Under the pieces are notes generated by a model, which saw only the letters and a list, made by a program, of their open reading frames with translations, did no database searches and had not been told where the DNA came from. A stretch of 32,000 nucleotides of DNA. Source: Microcystis aeruginosa NIES-843. Its GTDB lineage: Bacteria; Cyanobacteriota; Cyanobacteriia; Cyanobacteriales; Microcystaceae. Shown piece by piece: positions 1 through 6,853 of this stretch. Position numbers and translations under genes: made by a program. The stretch is from contig NC_010296.1 in NCBI RefSeq assembly GCF_000010625.1, positions 2,430,001 to 2,462,000 on the forward strand, read 5' to 3'. Each line of letters begins with the position of its first letter. Within the stretch, counting starts at the first letter, position 1.

Positions 1-998
1 AAAAACAAGTTGACTTTGACAGTTTAATAGTCGGCGATAGCGCCCTCTATAGCAAAGAGAATTTAAAACTAATGAAAGAAATGCGTTGGTTGTCTCGAGT
101 ACCATTAAGCATTAAAGAGGCTCAAGAGTTAGTCGATAGCATCTCAGAAAAAGAGTTAACCGATTCAGAAATACCGGGTTATTCCTGGCGGGAAACAAGC
201 TCTAACTATGGGGGGATAGAACAAAGATGGTTGCTAGTTGAAAGTCAAGCTAGACAAGAATCAGACTTGAAAAAATTAGAGAAAAAAATCGAGCAGGAAA
301 AGAATTCTGCCCAAGAAAAAATCCGGCAACTATCCCGAAGAGAATTTGAGAATAGAGCGGTGGCGTTGGCGATAGCCAAAGGATTATCTGACTCCTTAAA
401 ATCTCATCAGTTAACGGAGATTAAAGTCAATCTCATTCCGCCTGAGTCCCAGGGGTCAAAACTCAAATCAAAAGACGATTTACCCTCTCAAAGCTATCAA
501 GTTCAAGCCAAATTAGAGTTGAATTTGACCGCCATTGAGAGGCTAAAGAAACGAGCAGGACGATTCGTTTTAGCAACTAACGATTTGGAGAAACAACGAT
601 TAAGCAGTGAGGATATACTCAAAAAATATAAAGGGCAACAAGCTCCGGAAAGAGGATTTTCTTTTCTCAAAGACCCCTGCTTTTTTGCTGACAGTGTCTT
701 TCTCAAATCTCCCCATAGAATCGAGGTCATGGCCATGCTCATGGGCTTGTGCCTGCTGGTTTATACTATTGGTCAAAGACAACTTCGTTTAAGTTTAAAA
801 CAGCAGGAGACGGGACTGAAAAATCCGTTGGGTAAGTTAACTGACCGACCGACGTTACGCTGGATATTTCAGTGCTTTCAAGGGATTCATCTCCTACGTA
901 TTCAAGACAATCAAAAGATTAGCAACTTAACGGATGAGAGGCGCAACATTTTGAGATTTTTTCCCAAACCTTGCCAGGAATATTATCTCTTATCTTGA
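1..998 (+). CDS. IS1634-family (IS4 superfamily) DDE transposase, C-terminal part, truncated by the window edge
   Basis: The ORF track entry 72-998 matches residues 250-557 of the 557-aa ORF at 20516-22189 with 4 aa differences. The reading frame stays open back to the window start. Confidence 0.85.
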   Translation, partial: KQVDFDSLIVGDSALYSKENLKLMKEMRWLSRVPLSIKEAQELVDSISEKELTDSEIPGYSWRETSSNYGGIEQRWLLVESQARQESDLKKLEKKIEQEKNSAQEKIRQLSRREFENRAVALAIAKGLSDSLKSHQLTEIKVNLIPPESQGSKLKSKDDLPSQSYQVQAKLELNLTAIERLKKRAGRFVLATNDLEKQRLSSEDILKKYKGQQAPERGFSFLKDPCFFADSVFLKSPHRIEVMAMLMGLCLLVYTIGQRQLRLSLKQQETGLKNPLGKLTDRPTLRWIFQCFQGIHLLRIQDNQKISNLTDERRNILRFFPKPCQEYYLLS

Positions 999-1244
999 CC
1001 AGATGGATTGACTTCAAGGGGTGACAAAACTTAAGCACTACTCGAACATCTCGACGCTAGATGTTAAGTCTGATTGCCCAGCCATTCTCAACAAGCACTG
1101 TTTATTGAGAATGACCGGGGGAACTCTGAAATTTTCGGCTTAGTTGCCGGCAGCTTGCCGCCAACTCACTCCTCTAGATAAGTATTTTGACTCACGCCCC
1201 TTCCTCTTTTGAGACGTTGTGACACTTAGGGTGCGGAATGTGGG
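1..1244 (+). mobile_element. IS1634-family insertion sequence, copy 1. Only the 3' 1.24 kb is in the window; the 5' part lies upstream of it.
   Basis: Positions 1-1244 align base-for-base, with a few substitutions, to 21192-22435 of the complete copy. It ends in the same terminal repeat AGGGTGCGGAATGTGGG at 1228-1244. Confidence 0.85.
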
Positions 1245-1610
1245 ATGCAAGGTCGTGTAAATCAAGGGTGTGAGGCGATGTTGGCGATCGCGGTCAGAAA
1301 TAATGAAACTATGCAGATAGTAGATGCTGTAATTGATACAGGATTTTCGGGTTTTCTCACCTTGCCGTCTGACATAATTGCTAGGTTAGGGTTTATTTGG
1401 GAGGGTCGAGATCTTGCGACATTAGGCGATGGGACTTTCTGCACGTTTGAAGTTTACATCGGGCTTGTGATCTGGGACGGGCAATATCGTGAGATTTACA
1501 TCAACGAATCAGAGACGGTTCCGTTGATTGGGATGCAGCTATTACGAGGATACGATTTGCGAATTCAGGCAGTTGAGGGTGGTTTAGTTACGATCGAAGC
1601 GTTGAAGTAG
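1245..1610 (+). CDS. Retropepsin-like (clan AA) aspartic protease, 121 aa
   Basis: It has the DTGFSG active-site motif (VIDTGFSGFLTLP) and the size and N-terminus (MQGRVN...EA...) typical of small cyanobacterial clan AA proteases. The ATG begins 1 nt after the IS1634 right end. Confidence 0.7.
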   Translation: MQGRVNQGCEAMLAIAVRNNETMQIVDAVIDTGFSGFLTLPSDIIARLGFIWEGRDLATLGDGTFCTFEVYIGLVIWDGQYREIYINESETVPLIGMQLLRGYDLRIQAVEGGLVTIEALK

Positions 1611-1657
1611 AGTGCGATGCTGAAGGCACTGGGTAGCAGTACGCCATCGCTGTAGCA
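1611..1657. repeat. REP-like palindromic element, copy 1. Consensus is about GCGATGCCGAAGGCACTGCRTAGCAGTACGCCATCGC.
   Basis: The same ~40-nt imperfect hairpin recurs at 4285-4324 (reverse) and 10033-10073. This copy starts immediately after the protease stop codon. Confidence 0.6.
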
Positions 1658-1784
1658 ACGTGGAAGCTAGAATATATTAAGCCCTATACGTTAGATGTTG
1701 TATTGTAAAGTTTTGTAAAAAATATATGCAAATGACTGCAAACAACTGCTAATATGGTTAGTACAAGTTTACGTTGCAGTTCAC

Positions 1785-2378
1785 ATGAAACTATCAGATT
1801 ATGCTAAGAAAAAAGGGATCAGTTATGACACTGCTTGGAGAATGTGGAATCGAGGGCAGTTACAAGGAGAACGTCTTCCTACAGGAACAATTATTATTTT
1901 TGAAGATGACCGTTCTTGCGGTGAAAATAAAGTAGCTATTTATGCGCGAGTTTCTAGTTCAGAAAATCAATCTAACTTAGAGACTCAGGCAAAAAGATTG
2001 GAAGCTTATTGTATTGCGAAAGGCTATCAAATTGTTCGAGTAGTTAAAGAAGTAGGAAGTGGAGTCAATGATCATCGAAAGCTATTATTAAAACTTCTAG
2101 AACAAACTGATTATAATTTGATTGTCGTAGAACATAAAGATCGTTTAAGCAGAGTAGGGTTTAATTATCTGAAAGTTCTTTTAACTCAAACAAATAGAGA
2201 GCTAGAGGTCGTTAATCTAGCAGAAGAAAGAAAAGACGATTTAAGGCAAGACTTCGTGAGCATAATTACCTCATTTTGCGCTCGATTATACTCATTAAGA
2301 CGACGAAATAGAAAGACAGAATGTTTAATTAAATGCCTTGAGGAGAATGATGAAATTAGTTCAAAAACATCTAATTAA
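1785..2378 (+). CDS. tnpA: IS607-family transposase TnpA (MerR-like HTH plus serine recombinase domain)
   Basis: The N-terminus MKLSDYAKKKGISYDTAWRMW is an HTH. It is followed by VAIYARVSSSENQSNLETQ (catalytic serine region) and a resolvase-like core, 197 aa in all. Confidence 0.85.
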   Translation: MKLSDYAKKKGISYDTAWRMWNRGQLQGERLPTGTIIIFEDDRSCGENKVAIYARVSSSENQSNLETQAKRLEAYCIAKGYQIVRVVKEVGSGVNDHRKLLLKLLEQTDYNLIVVEHKDRLSRVGFNYLKVLLTQTNRELEVVNLAEERKDDLRQDFVSIITSFCARLYSLRRRNRKTECLIKCLEENDEISSKTSN

Positions 2379-3588
2379 ATTTAATCACAAAAATTATTCA
2401 GTAATTGATAAATTAGGATTTTTATCGAAGAATCTGTATAATTGTGCTGTTTATTTAAACCGTCAAGTTTTCTTTTCACATCAACCATTTTTAACAATGA
2501 CTGAGTTACATCATGCCTTAAAAATGAGTCCAGATTATCAAGCCTTACCCGCCAAAGTAAGTCAGTTAGTATTAAAGCAAGTAGAAAAAACCTTTAAATC
2601 CTACCAAAAAGCGAAAGAACAATCCAAAAAATCGCCAGATAAATTTACAGGAGAGCCTAAGTTGCCAAGATACAAAGACAAGGAAAAAGGTAGAAACGTT
2701 TTAACTTATAACTATCAAGCCATTTCTCAAAAAGCGTTGAAGCAAGGTTTAATCAAGCTATCAGGGACTAATTGAGAATTTAAAACTAATTTAAAGGAAG
2801 TCTTAGAGGTCAGGATTATTCCTAAATTGGGTGCTTATTGTTTAGAGATTGTCTATGAACAACCATCCTCATCAAGTCAAGAGGGAGAAAGATATGCTTT
2901 TATCGATTTAGGCTTAAATAACCTAGCTGCTGTTACCTCTAATATTCCCGAATTTCAGCCAACTTTAGTATGTGGAAAAGCCTTAAAATCCTGCAATCAA
3001 AAGTACAACAAGAGACTAGCTAAACTCAAATCGGAATTACCCAGTCTACAGAAGACCAGTAAAAGAATACAAGGTTTAACTTTAAAGCGTAATTGCCAGG
3101 TGGATTATTACCTCCACACCGCTAGTAAATATATTATTGATAAATTACTAGCTCATCAAATTAACCTTTTAGTTATTGGTCATAATCAAGGCTGGAAACA
3201 AAACATTAATATTGGAGATAGAAATAACCAGTCATTCGTAAATATTCCTCATTCAAGGTTGATCGAACAACTTACCTATAAAGCAAATTTAGTAGGAATA
3301 GAGGTCAAAACAACTAATGAAAGCTATACCTCTAAATGTAGTTTCTTGGACTTAGAGTCTATTCAAAAGCAAAAAAGCTATTTAGGCAAGAGAATTAAAA
3401 GAGGACTATTCAGAAGCTCGTCGGGTTATTTCTATGGAGCAGATATTAATGGTTCCTTAAATATTGGAAGAAAGGTAGTCGGAGAGGCCGCCTTTAGCGG
3501 GAATCCGATAGAGAGGTTCGTAGTTAACCCAGTACGGGTCAAAGCGTACAAAGCTAATTCTAGATGCAATATTTGCGTACAGAATTAG
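2350..3588 (+). pseudogene. tnpB: TnpB (RuvC-like RNA-guided nuclease family) of the IS607 element, interrupted by one in-frame TGA at 2773-2775
   Basis: ORFs 2338-2775 and 2827-3588 are in the same frame. The 51 nt between them has no other stop. RuvC D/E/D motifs are present (FIDLGLNN, TNESYTSK, GADINGSLNI). The protein is homologous along its length to the tnpB at 16163-17366. Confidence 0.8.
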
Positions 3589-3595
3589 TAACTAT

Positions 3596-3814
3596 ATGAC
3601 TGAACGACTTGAGCAGGCGATCGCCCAATTAAAAACCTTGTCAACCGCTCAACAGGACGCGATCGCAACCCTAATTTTGGCAGAACTCGAAGAAGAGCAG
3701 CGATGGGATGACTCCTTTGCCCGCTCACCAAACTTGCTGGCTAAACTAGCAGCCGAAGCAATGGCAGAACATCGATCGGGCAAGACTCAAGAATTAGACC
3801 AGGAAACGTTGTGA
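3596..3814 (+). CDS. Putative type II antitoxin (72 aa), partner of the RelE/ParE-like gene downstream
   Basis: It is a small acidic helical protein (MTERLEQAIAQLKTLSTAQQDAIATLILAELEEEQRWDD...). Its stop overlaps the GTG start of the next ORF (GTGA at 3811-3814), a typical TA arrangement. Confidence 0.55.
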   Translation: MTERLEQAIAQLKTLSTAQQDAIATLILAELEEEQRWDDSFARSPNLLAKLAAEAMAEHRSGKTQELDQETL

Positions 3815-3980
3815 AGTCTTGTACCACTGCTCGTTTTCGGGAGATGTTTTCTGAGCTTCCAAAACCGATTCAAGAGCAGACCCGTAAAGAGTATCGGCAA
3901 TTCAAAGAAGACCCAAGCTATCCCAGCTTGCGATTCAAGAAAGTCCATCCAAAGCTGCCCATCTATTCTGCACGCATCAA
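3811..3980 (+). pseudogene. RelE/ParE-superfamily toxin, truncated after about 57 codons by a MITE-B insertion
   Basis: The N-terminal part FREMFSELPKPIQEQTRKEYRQFKEDPSYPSLRFKKVHPKLPIYSARI matches the conserved start of this toxin family. From 3981 the ORF reads into MITE sequence (octamer repeat translated as ETPRLRDS). No toxin C-terminus is found after the MITE. Confidence 0.55.
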
Positions 3981-4176
3981 TAAGCAGTCGTGCAAAATTA
4001 ATTTCCTAGTCGAGACTCCGAGACTCCGAGACTCCGAGACTCCGAGACTCCGAGACTCCGAGACTCCGAGACAGCTATTAGGGATCGGATTTGAGTTTTC
4101 AGTTCACTGTTTCCTCACACCAGAAGTCTGACGGAGTAGTGGCTTAGATGTGTAATTAATTTTGCTTAGGTACTTA
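3981..4176. mobile_element. MITE-B, copy a (196 bp)
   Basis: The terminal inverted repeats are TAAGCAGTCGTGCAAAATTAATT ... AATTAATTTTGCTTAGGTACTTA. The same element occurs at 26441-26656, 22983-23087 (short form) and 9974-10022 (partial). Confidence 0.75.
4012..4072. repeat. Tandem octamer array (GAGACTCC) x7 inside MITE-B
   Basis: Read directly from the sequence. The copy at 26441-26656 has a longer, degenerate version (GAGACTCC/GAGACAGG/GAGACGGG). The short copy at 22983-23087 has (GGCAAGAG) x4 instead. Confidence 0.9.
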
Positions 4177-4221
4177 TTAAGATCAGCGGTCGCACTTAAA
4201 CTCACAGTTTCAATCAATGTG

Positions 4222-4284
4222 TAGGGTGCGTTCCCAAAAATCGATCGGTGGAGCAGTAGGAGCCACCTTAGGGAACGCACCCTA
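4222..4284. repeat. Small hairpin element with a perfect 14-bp inverted repeat, TAGGGTGCGTTCCC ... GGGAACGCACCCTA
   Basis: Read directly from the sequence. The arms are at 4222-4235 and 4271-4284 with a 35-nt spacer. Confidence 0.7.
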
Positions 4285-4324
4285 GGGCGATGGCGTACTG
4301 CTATGCAGTGCCTTCGGCATCGCG
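4285..4324. repeat. REP-like palindromic element, copy 2 (reverse orientation)
   Basis: It is the reverse complement of the 1611-1657 and 10033-10073 repeat. It lies immediately 3' of the mazF-like stop codon (4325-4327, minus strand). Confidence 0.6.
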
Positions 4325-4720
4325 CTATGAAGACTTAAAAGCTAAACTGAAACCGAGTTCAATACAGACTGCTTTCTCTATTTCTTCCCAATAAACGTCT
4401 TCTAAAACACCCTGTTGATTCTTAATTCTCTGAGAATCTACAGCCCTCATTTGACTTAAGTTGATGTGTCGATCTCCGTCTAGTCCATTCTGCACTGTCG
4501 GTGTAATATTCACAACAAAAGGATAAGTCTTTTTCCCCAGCAACAATGGAGCAACTATTGTCGTTGTTCCATTTTGATTGCCCATATCGTTTTGTAAAAT
4601 CAGGCAAGGGCGTTCTTTATCGGTTTCATCGAAAATTTTGGGTCTGAAACCCCGCCGTTTTACGGCGGCTTTGCTGTTAAATCTTAGCACATTTACACGA
4701 TATATGCTAGAATGCGGGAT

Positions 4721-5909
4721 ATGGAAAAAGCCTATTCGTTTCGATTTTACCCCACACCAACACAAGAGTCGCTATTGCGGCGCACATTGGGCTGTGTAAG
4801 ATTAGTTTACAACAAAGCTCTCCACGAACGAACACAAGCTTGGTACGAAAGACAAGAAAGAGTAGGATATACTGAAACTTCTTCAATGCTAACCGATTGG
4901 AAAAAACAAGAAGAATTAGAGTTTTTAAACGAAGTTAGCTGTGTACCTTTACAACAAGGGTTAAGACACCTACAAACAGCTTTTACTAATTTCTTTGCTG
5001 GTCGGACTAAGTATCCTAACTTTAAGAAAAAACATCAAGGAGGAAGTGCTGAATTTACTAAATCTGCTTTTAAGTTCAAAGACAAACAAATCTATTTAGC
5101 CAAATGCACAGAACCTTTACCTATTCGATGGTCAAGACAAATACCAGAAGCTTGTGACCCAAGTACAGTAACAGTCAGATTGCATCCTTCTGGACGTTGG
5201 CATATCTCAATAAGATTTGATGACCCAACGATTAAGCCTTTACCAGTAACAGATAAAGCCATCGGAATTGACTTAGGAATTAGTAGCCTCGTGATTACCA
5301 GCGATGGCGATAAAGTGTCTAATCCCAAGCATTTTAAAAAGCATTATCGGAGACTGCGAAAGGCCCAAAAAAGCCTTTCTAGAAAACAGAAAGGGTCAAA
5401 AAATCGGGAAAAAGCAAGAATCAAAGTAGCCAAGATTCACGCTCAAATCACCGATAGCAGAAAAGACCATTTACATAAGCTAACCACTCAATTAGTTCGT
5501 GAAAACCAAACGGTTGTGGTTGAGAACTTAGCCGTCAAGAATATGGTCAAAAACCCGAAATTATCTCAGGCAATATCTGATGTAAGCTGGGGAGAAATCA
5601 CTCGACAATTAGCCTATAAATGCCGTTGGTATGGGAGAAATTACATCGAAATAGATAGATGGTTTCCTAGCTCTAAAAGGTGTAGTAATTGCGGGTATAT
5701 TGCCCTTGAAAATGCCGTTAAATGTTCGAGAATGGGACTGTCCAGACTGTGGGACACACCATGACCGAGATATTAACGCCAGTAAAAATATTTTGGCCGC
5801 AGGGCTTGCGGTGTCAGTCTGTAGAGCGACCATAAGACCAGAACAGAGTAAATCTGTTAAGGCAGGTGCGAAAAATCCTTCGGGAAAGAAGCAGAAACCC
5901 AAATCGTGA
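4721..5909 (+). pseudogene. tnpB: TnpB (IS605 OrfB type with C-terminal zinc ribbon), disrupted by a 1-nt frameshift near 5698-5700
   Basis: The protein starts MEKAYSFRFYPTPTQ. RuvC motifs are present ([32 protein letters not shown]). The zinc-ribbon sequence CSNCGYI / [15 protein letters not shown] is split between ORFs 4712-5764 and 5700-5909. Confidence 0.85.
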
Positions 5910-5953
5910 GGTTTGGGAATCGCCGTCCGTTTTACGGCGGCGAGGATGTCAAG
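5800..5953 (+). ncRNA. Predicted omega-RNA (reRNA) scaffold of the IS605-family TnpB. Extent is approximate.
   Basis: In characterised TnpB systems the guide RNA scaffold spans the tnpB 3' end and the right-end hairpin. Here the right-end hairpin GAATCGCCGTCCGTTTTACGGCGGCGAGGATGTCAAG ends at the element boundary. No transcript evidence is available. Confidence 0.4.
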
Positions 5954-6014
5954 ACCAACAACGGGTTTCAGATCGACCCACCATATCTCTCCTCGCTTGT
6001 AGGTTAGTCTTCCA

Positions 6015-6245
6015 TTAGGCATTTAGACCATCGCCCACTGCAATATCCCAGACAGAAATTTCTTCTTGGCTCTCTGGATCATTTGCCTGATCTTTATAAG
6101 CATCTTCTAGCTCTTTCATAAAAATCCTTCTCTTCTCTTGCCAGAGAACATCATTTATAAAGCGGCTACGATTGCTTGCTAGTCGATCTACAAAGTCCAA
6201 AACTTCGTCGTCTAAGGTTATGCTGACTTTCTTACTCATTGCCAT
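6015..6245 (-). CDS. Ribbon-helix-helix (CopG/MazE-like) antitoxin, 76 aa
   Basis: MAMSKKVSITLDDEVLDFVDRLASNRSRFINDVLWQ is an RHH motif. Its stop overlaps the ATG of the mazF-like gene by 8 nt. Confidence 0.65.
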   Translation of the reverse strand: MAMSKKVSITLDDEVLDFVDRLASNRSRFINDVLWQEKRRIFMKELEDAYKDQANDPESQEEISVWDIAVGDGLNA

Positions 6246-6335
6246 AAACTGCCTAGGACAGCCCGGTAGGATTAGATCATCATACTAACTAATCCTACGT
6301 TAATTGTCAACGCCTGCCTCTGATCTGTAAGTAAG

Positions 6336-6552
6336 TAGGGTTTGCTGAATAAATCTAAAAACCTTGTTGGATAAGGTTTTTAGACTTTTTTGACCTCAAA
6401 AAGTGCCGACCATTGGAGTGATTGGGGGGAAAATTCAGGTACTTTTTCCCTGAAAATTAGGTAGTTGACCACCTGAAAATCGATAAAACCCCACACCCCA
6501 CACCCCACACCCCACACCCTGCCCCCAGGAAAAACTTTTTCAGCAAGCCCTA
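6336..6552. mobile_element. MITE-A, copy a (about 217 bp)
   Basis: The TIRs are TAGGGTTTGCTGAA ... TTCAGCAAGCCCTA, with an internal (CCCCACA) x4 array. Other copies are at 22768-22984, 26226-26442, 27624-27840 and 31956-32000 (partial), plus a terminal fragment at 29864-29902. Confidence 0.8.
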
Positions 6553-6853
6553 ACCCGCATTTCTCACAAACTGAATTAAGAACCTAATTTGGAGGTTAAA
6601 AGTTGGTGTTTTTCAAAAATAAGAGAAACCCGCTTAGTTATCAAGGAATAATCTGACTAAACTAATCAAAAAATTCCTGAATTACTGGAAAAATTCCGTC
6701 AATTAGGGAAAATGTTCACGACAAAGTTAGCTGAATTTATAAGCAGCCATTTTTAAGACTATTTAATGATCTTTGAAAACTCTTCAACTTATCCAGTTCC
6801 CGCTATCGCTTGAATTCTAGAGTAAGCTATCGCTAAAATATCTTGATAGGGAC

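Larger units (their letters stand above)
1690..3595 (+). mobile_element. IS607-family element (tnpA serine recombinase plus tnpB). Boundaries are approximate.
   Basis: The tnpA and tnpB ORFs overlap, which is the typical IS607 organisation. Both ends carry a TAGATG-containing subterminal sequence (about 1691 and about 3563). The right end must lie before the next gene start at 3596. Exact termini were not resolved. Confidence 0.5.
4630..5953 (+). mobile_element. IS200/IS605-family element carrying tnpB only (IS1341-like), about 1.32 kb. Ends are uncertain by about 1 nt.
   Basis: There are subterminal hairpins at both ends: CCCCGCCGTTTTACGGCGGC at about 4650-4669 and CGCCGTCCGTTTTACGGCGGCG at about 5921-5942. 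Removing it restores the mazF-like reading frame. There is no TSD, as expected for this family. Confidence 0.8.
4325..6022 (-). pseudogene. MazF/PemK-family toxin gene split by an IS605-family insertion. The coding pieces are about 5954-6022 and 4325-4629.
   Basis: The N-terminal piece is MPNGRLTYKRGEIWWVDLKPVVG. The C-terminal piece is (H/D)ETDKERPCLILQNDMGNQNGTTTIVAPLL...MRAVDSQRI.... Joined, they give the canonical G-x6-RP spacing of MazF/Kid. The long ORF-track entries 5609-6022 and 4325-4765 read through the IS ends. Confidence 0.8.

Noticed and set aside
503-792. Three short ORFs (503-742 minus, 600-782 minus, 607-792 plus) and their twins at 21694-21983
   Set aside because: They lie entirely inside the IS1634 transposase coding region in other frames or strands. 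They have no recognisable motifs and are duplicated only because the IS is duplicated, so I treat them as shadow ORFs.
4012-4072. Possible CRISPR array (also 26470-26545 and 23015-23045)
   Set aside because: These are tandem 8-nt units with no spacers, located inside MITEs. They are not repeat-spacer architecture.
3811-4131. 106-aa ORF taken at face value as a full-length protein with an ETPRLRDS repeat
   Set aside because: Only the first approximately 57 codons are toxin-like. The rest is translation of MITE-B, including its GAGACTCC octamer array.
4325-4765. 146-aa ORF and the 137-aa ORF at 5609-6022 as independent proteins
   Set aside because: Each is a chimera of a genuine mazF fragment and read-through into the ends of the IS605-family element.
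4422-4799. ORFs 4422-4607 (minus) and 4578-4799 (plus)
   Set aside because: They overlap the mazF fragment and the IS left end in alternative frames and have no supporting motifs.
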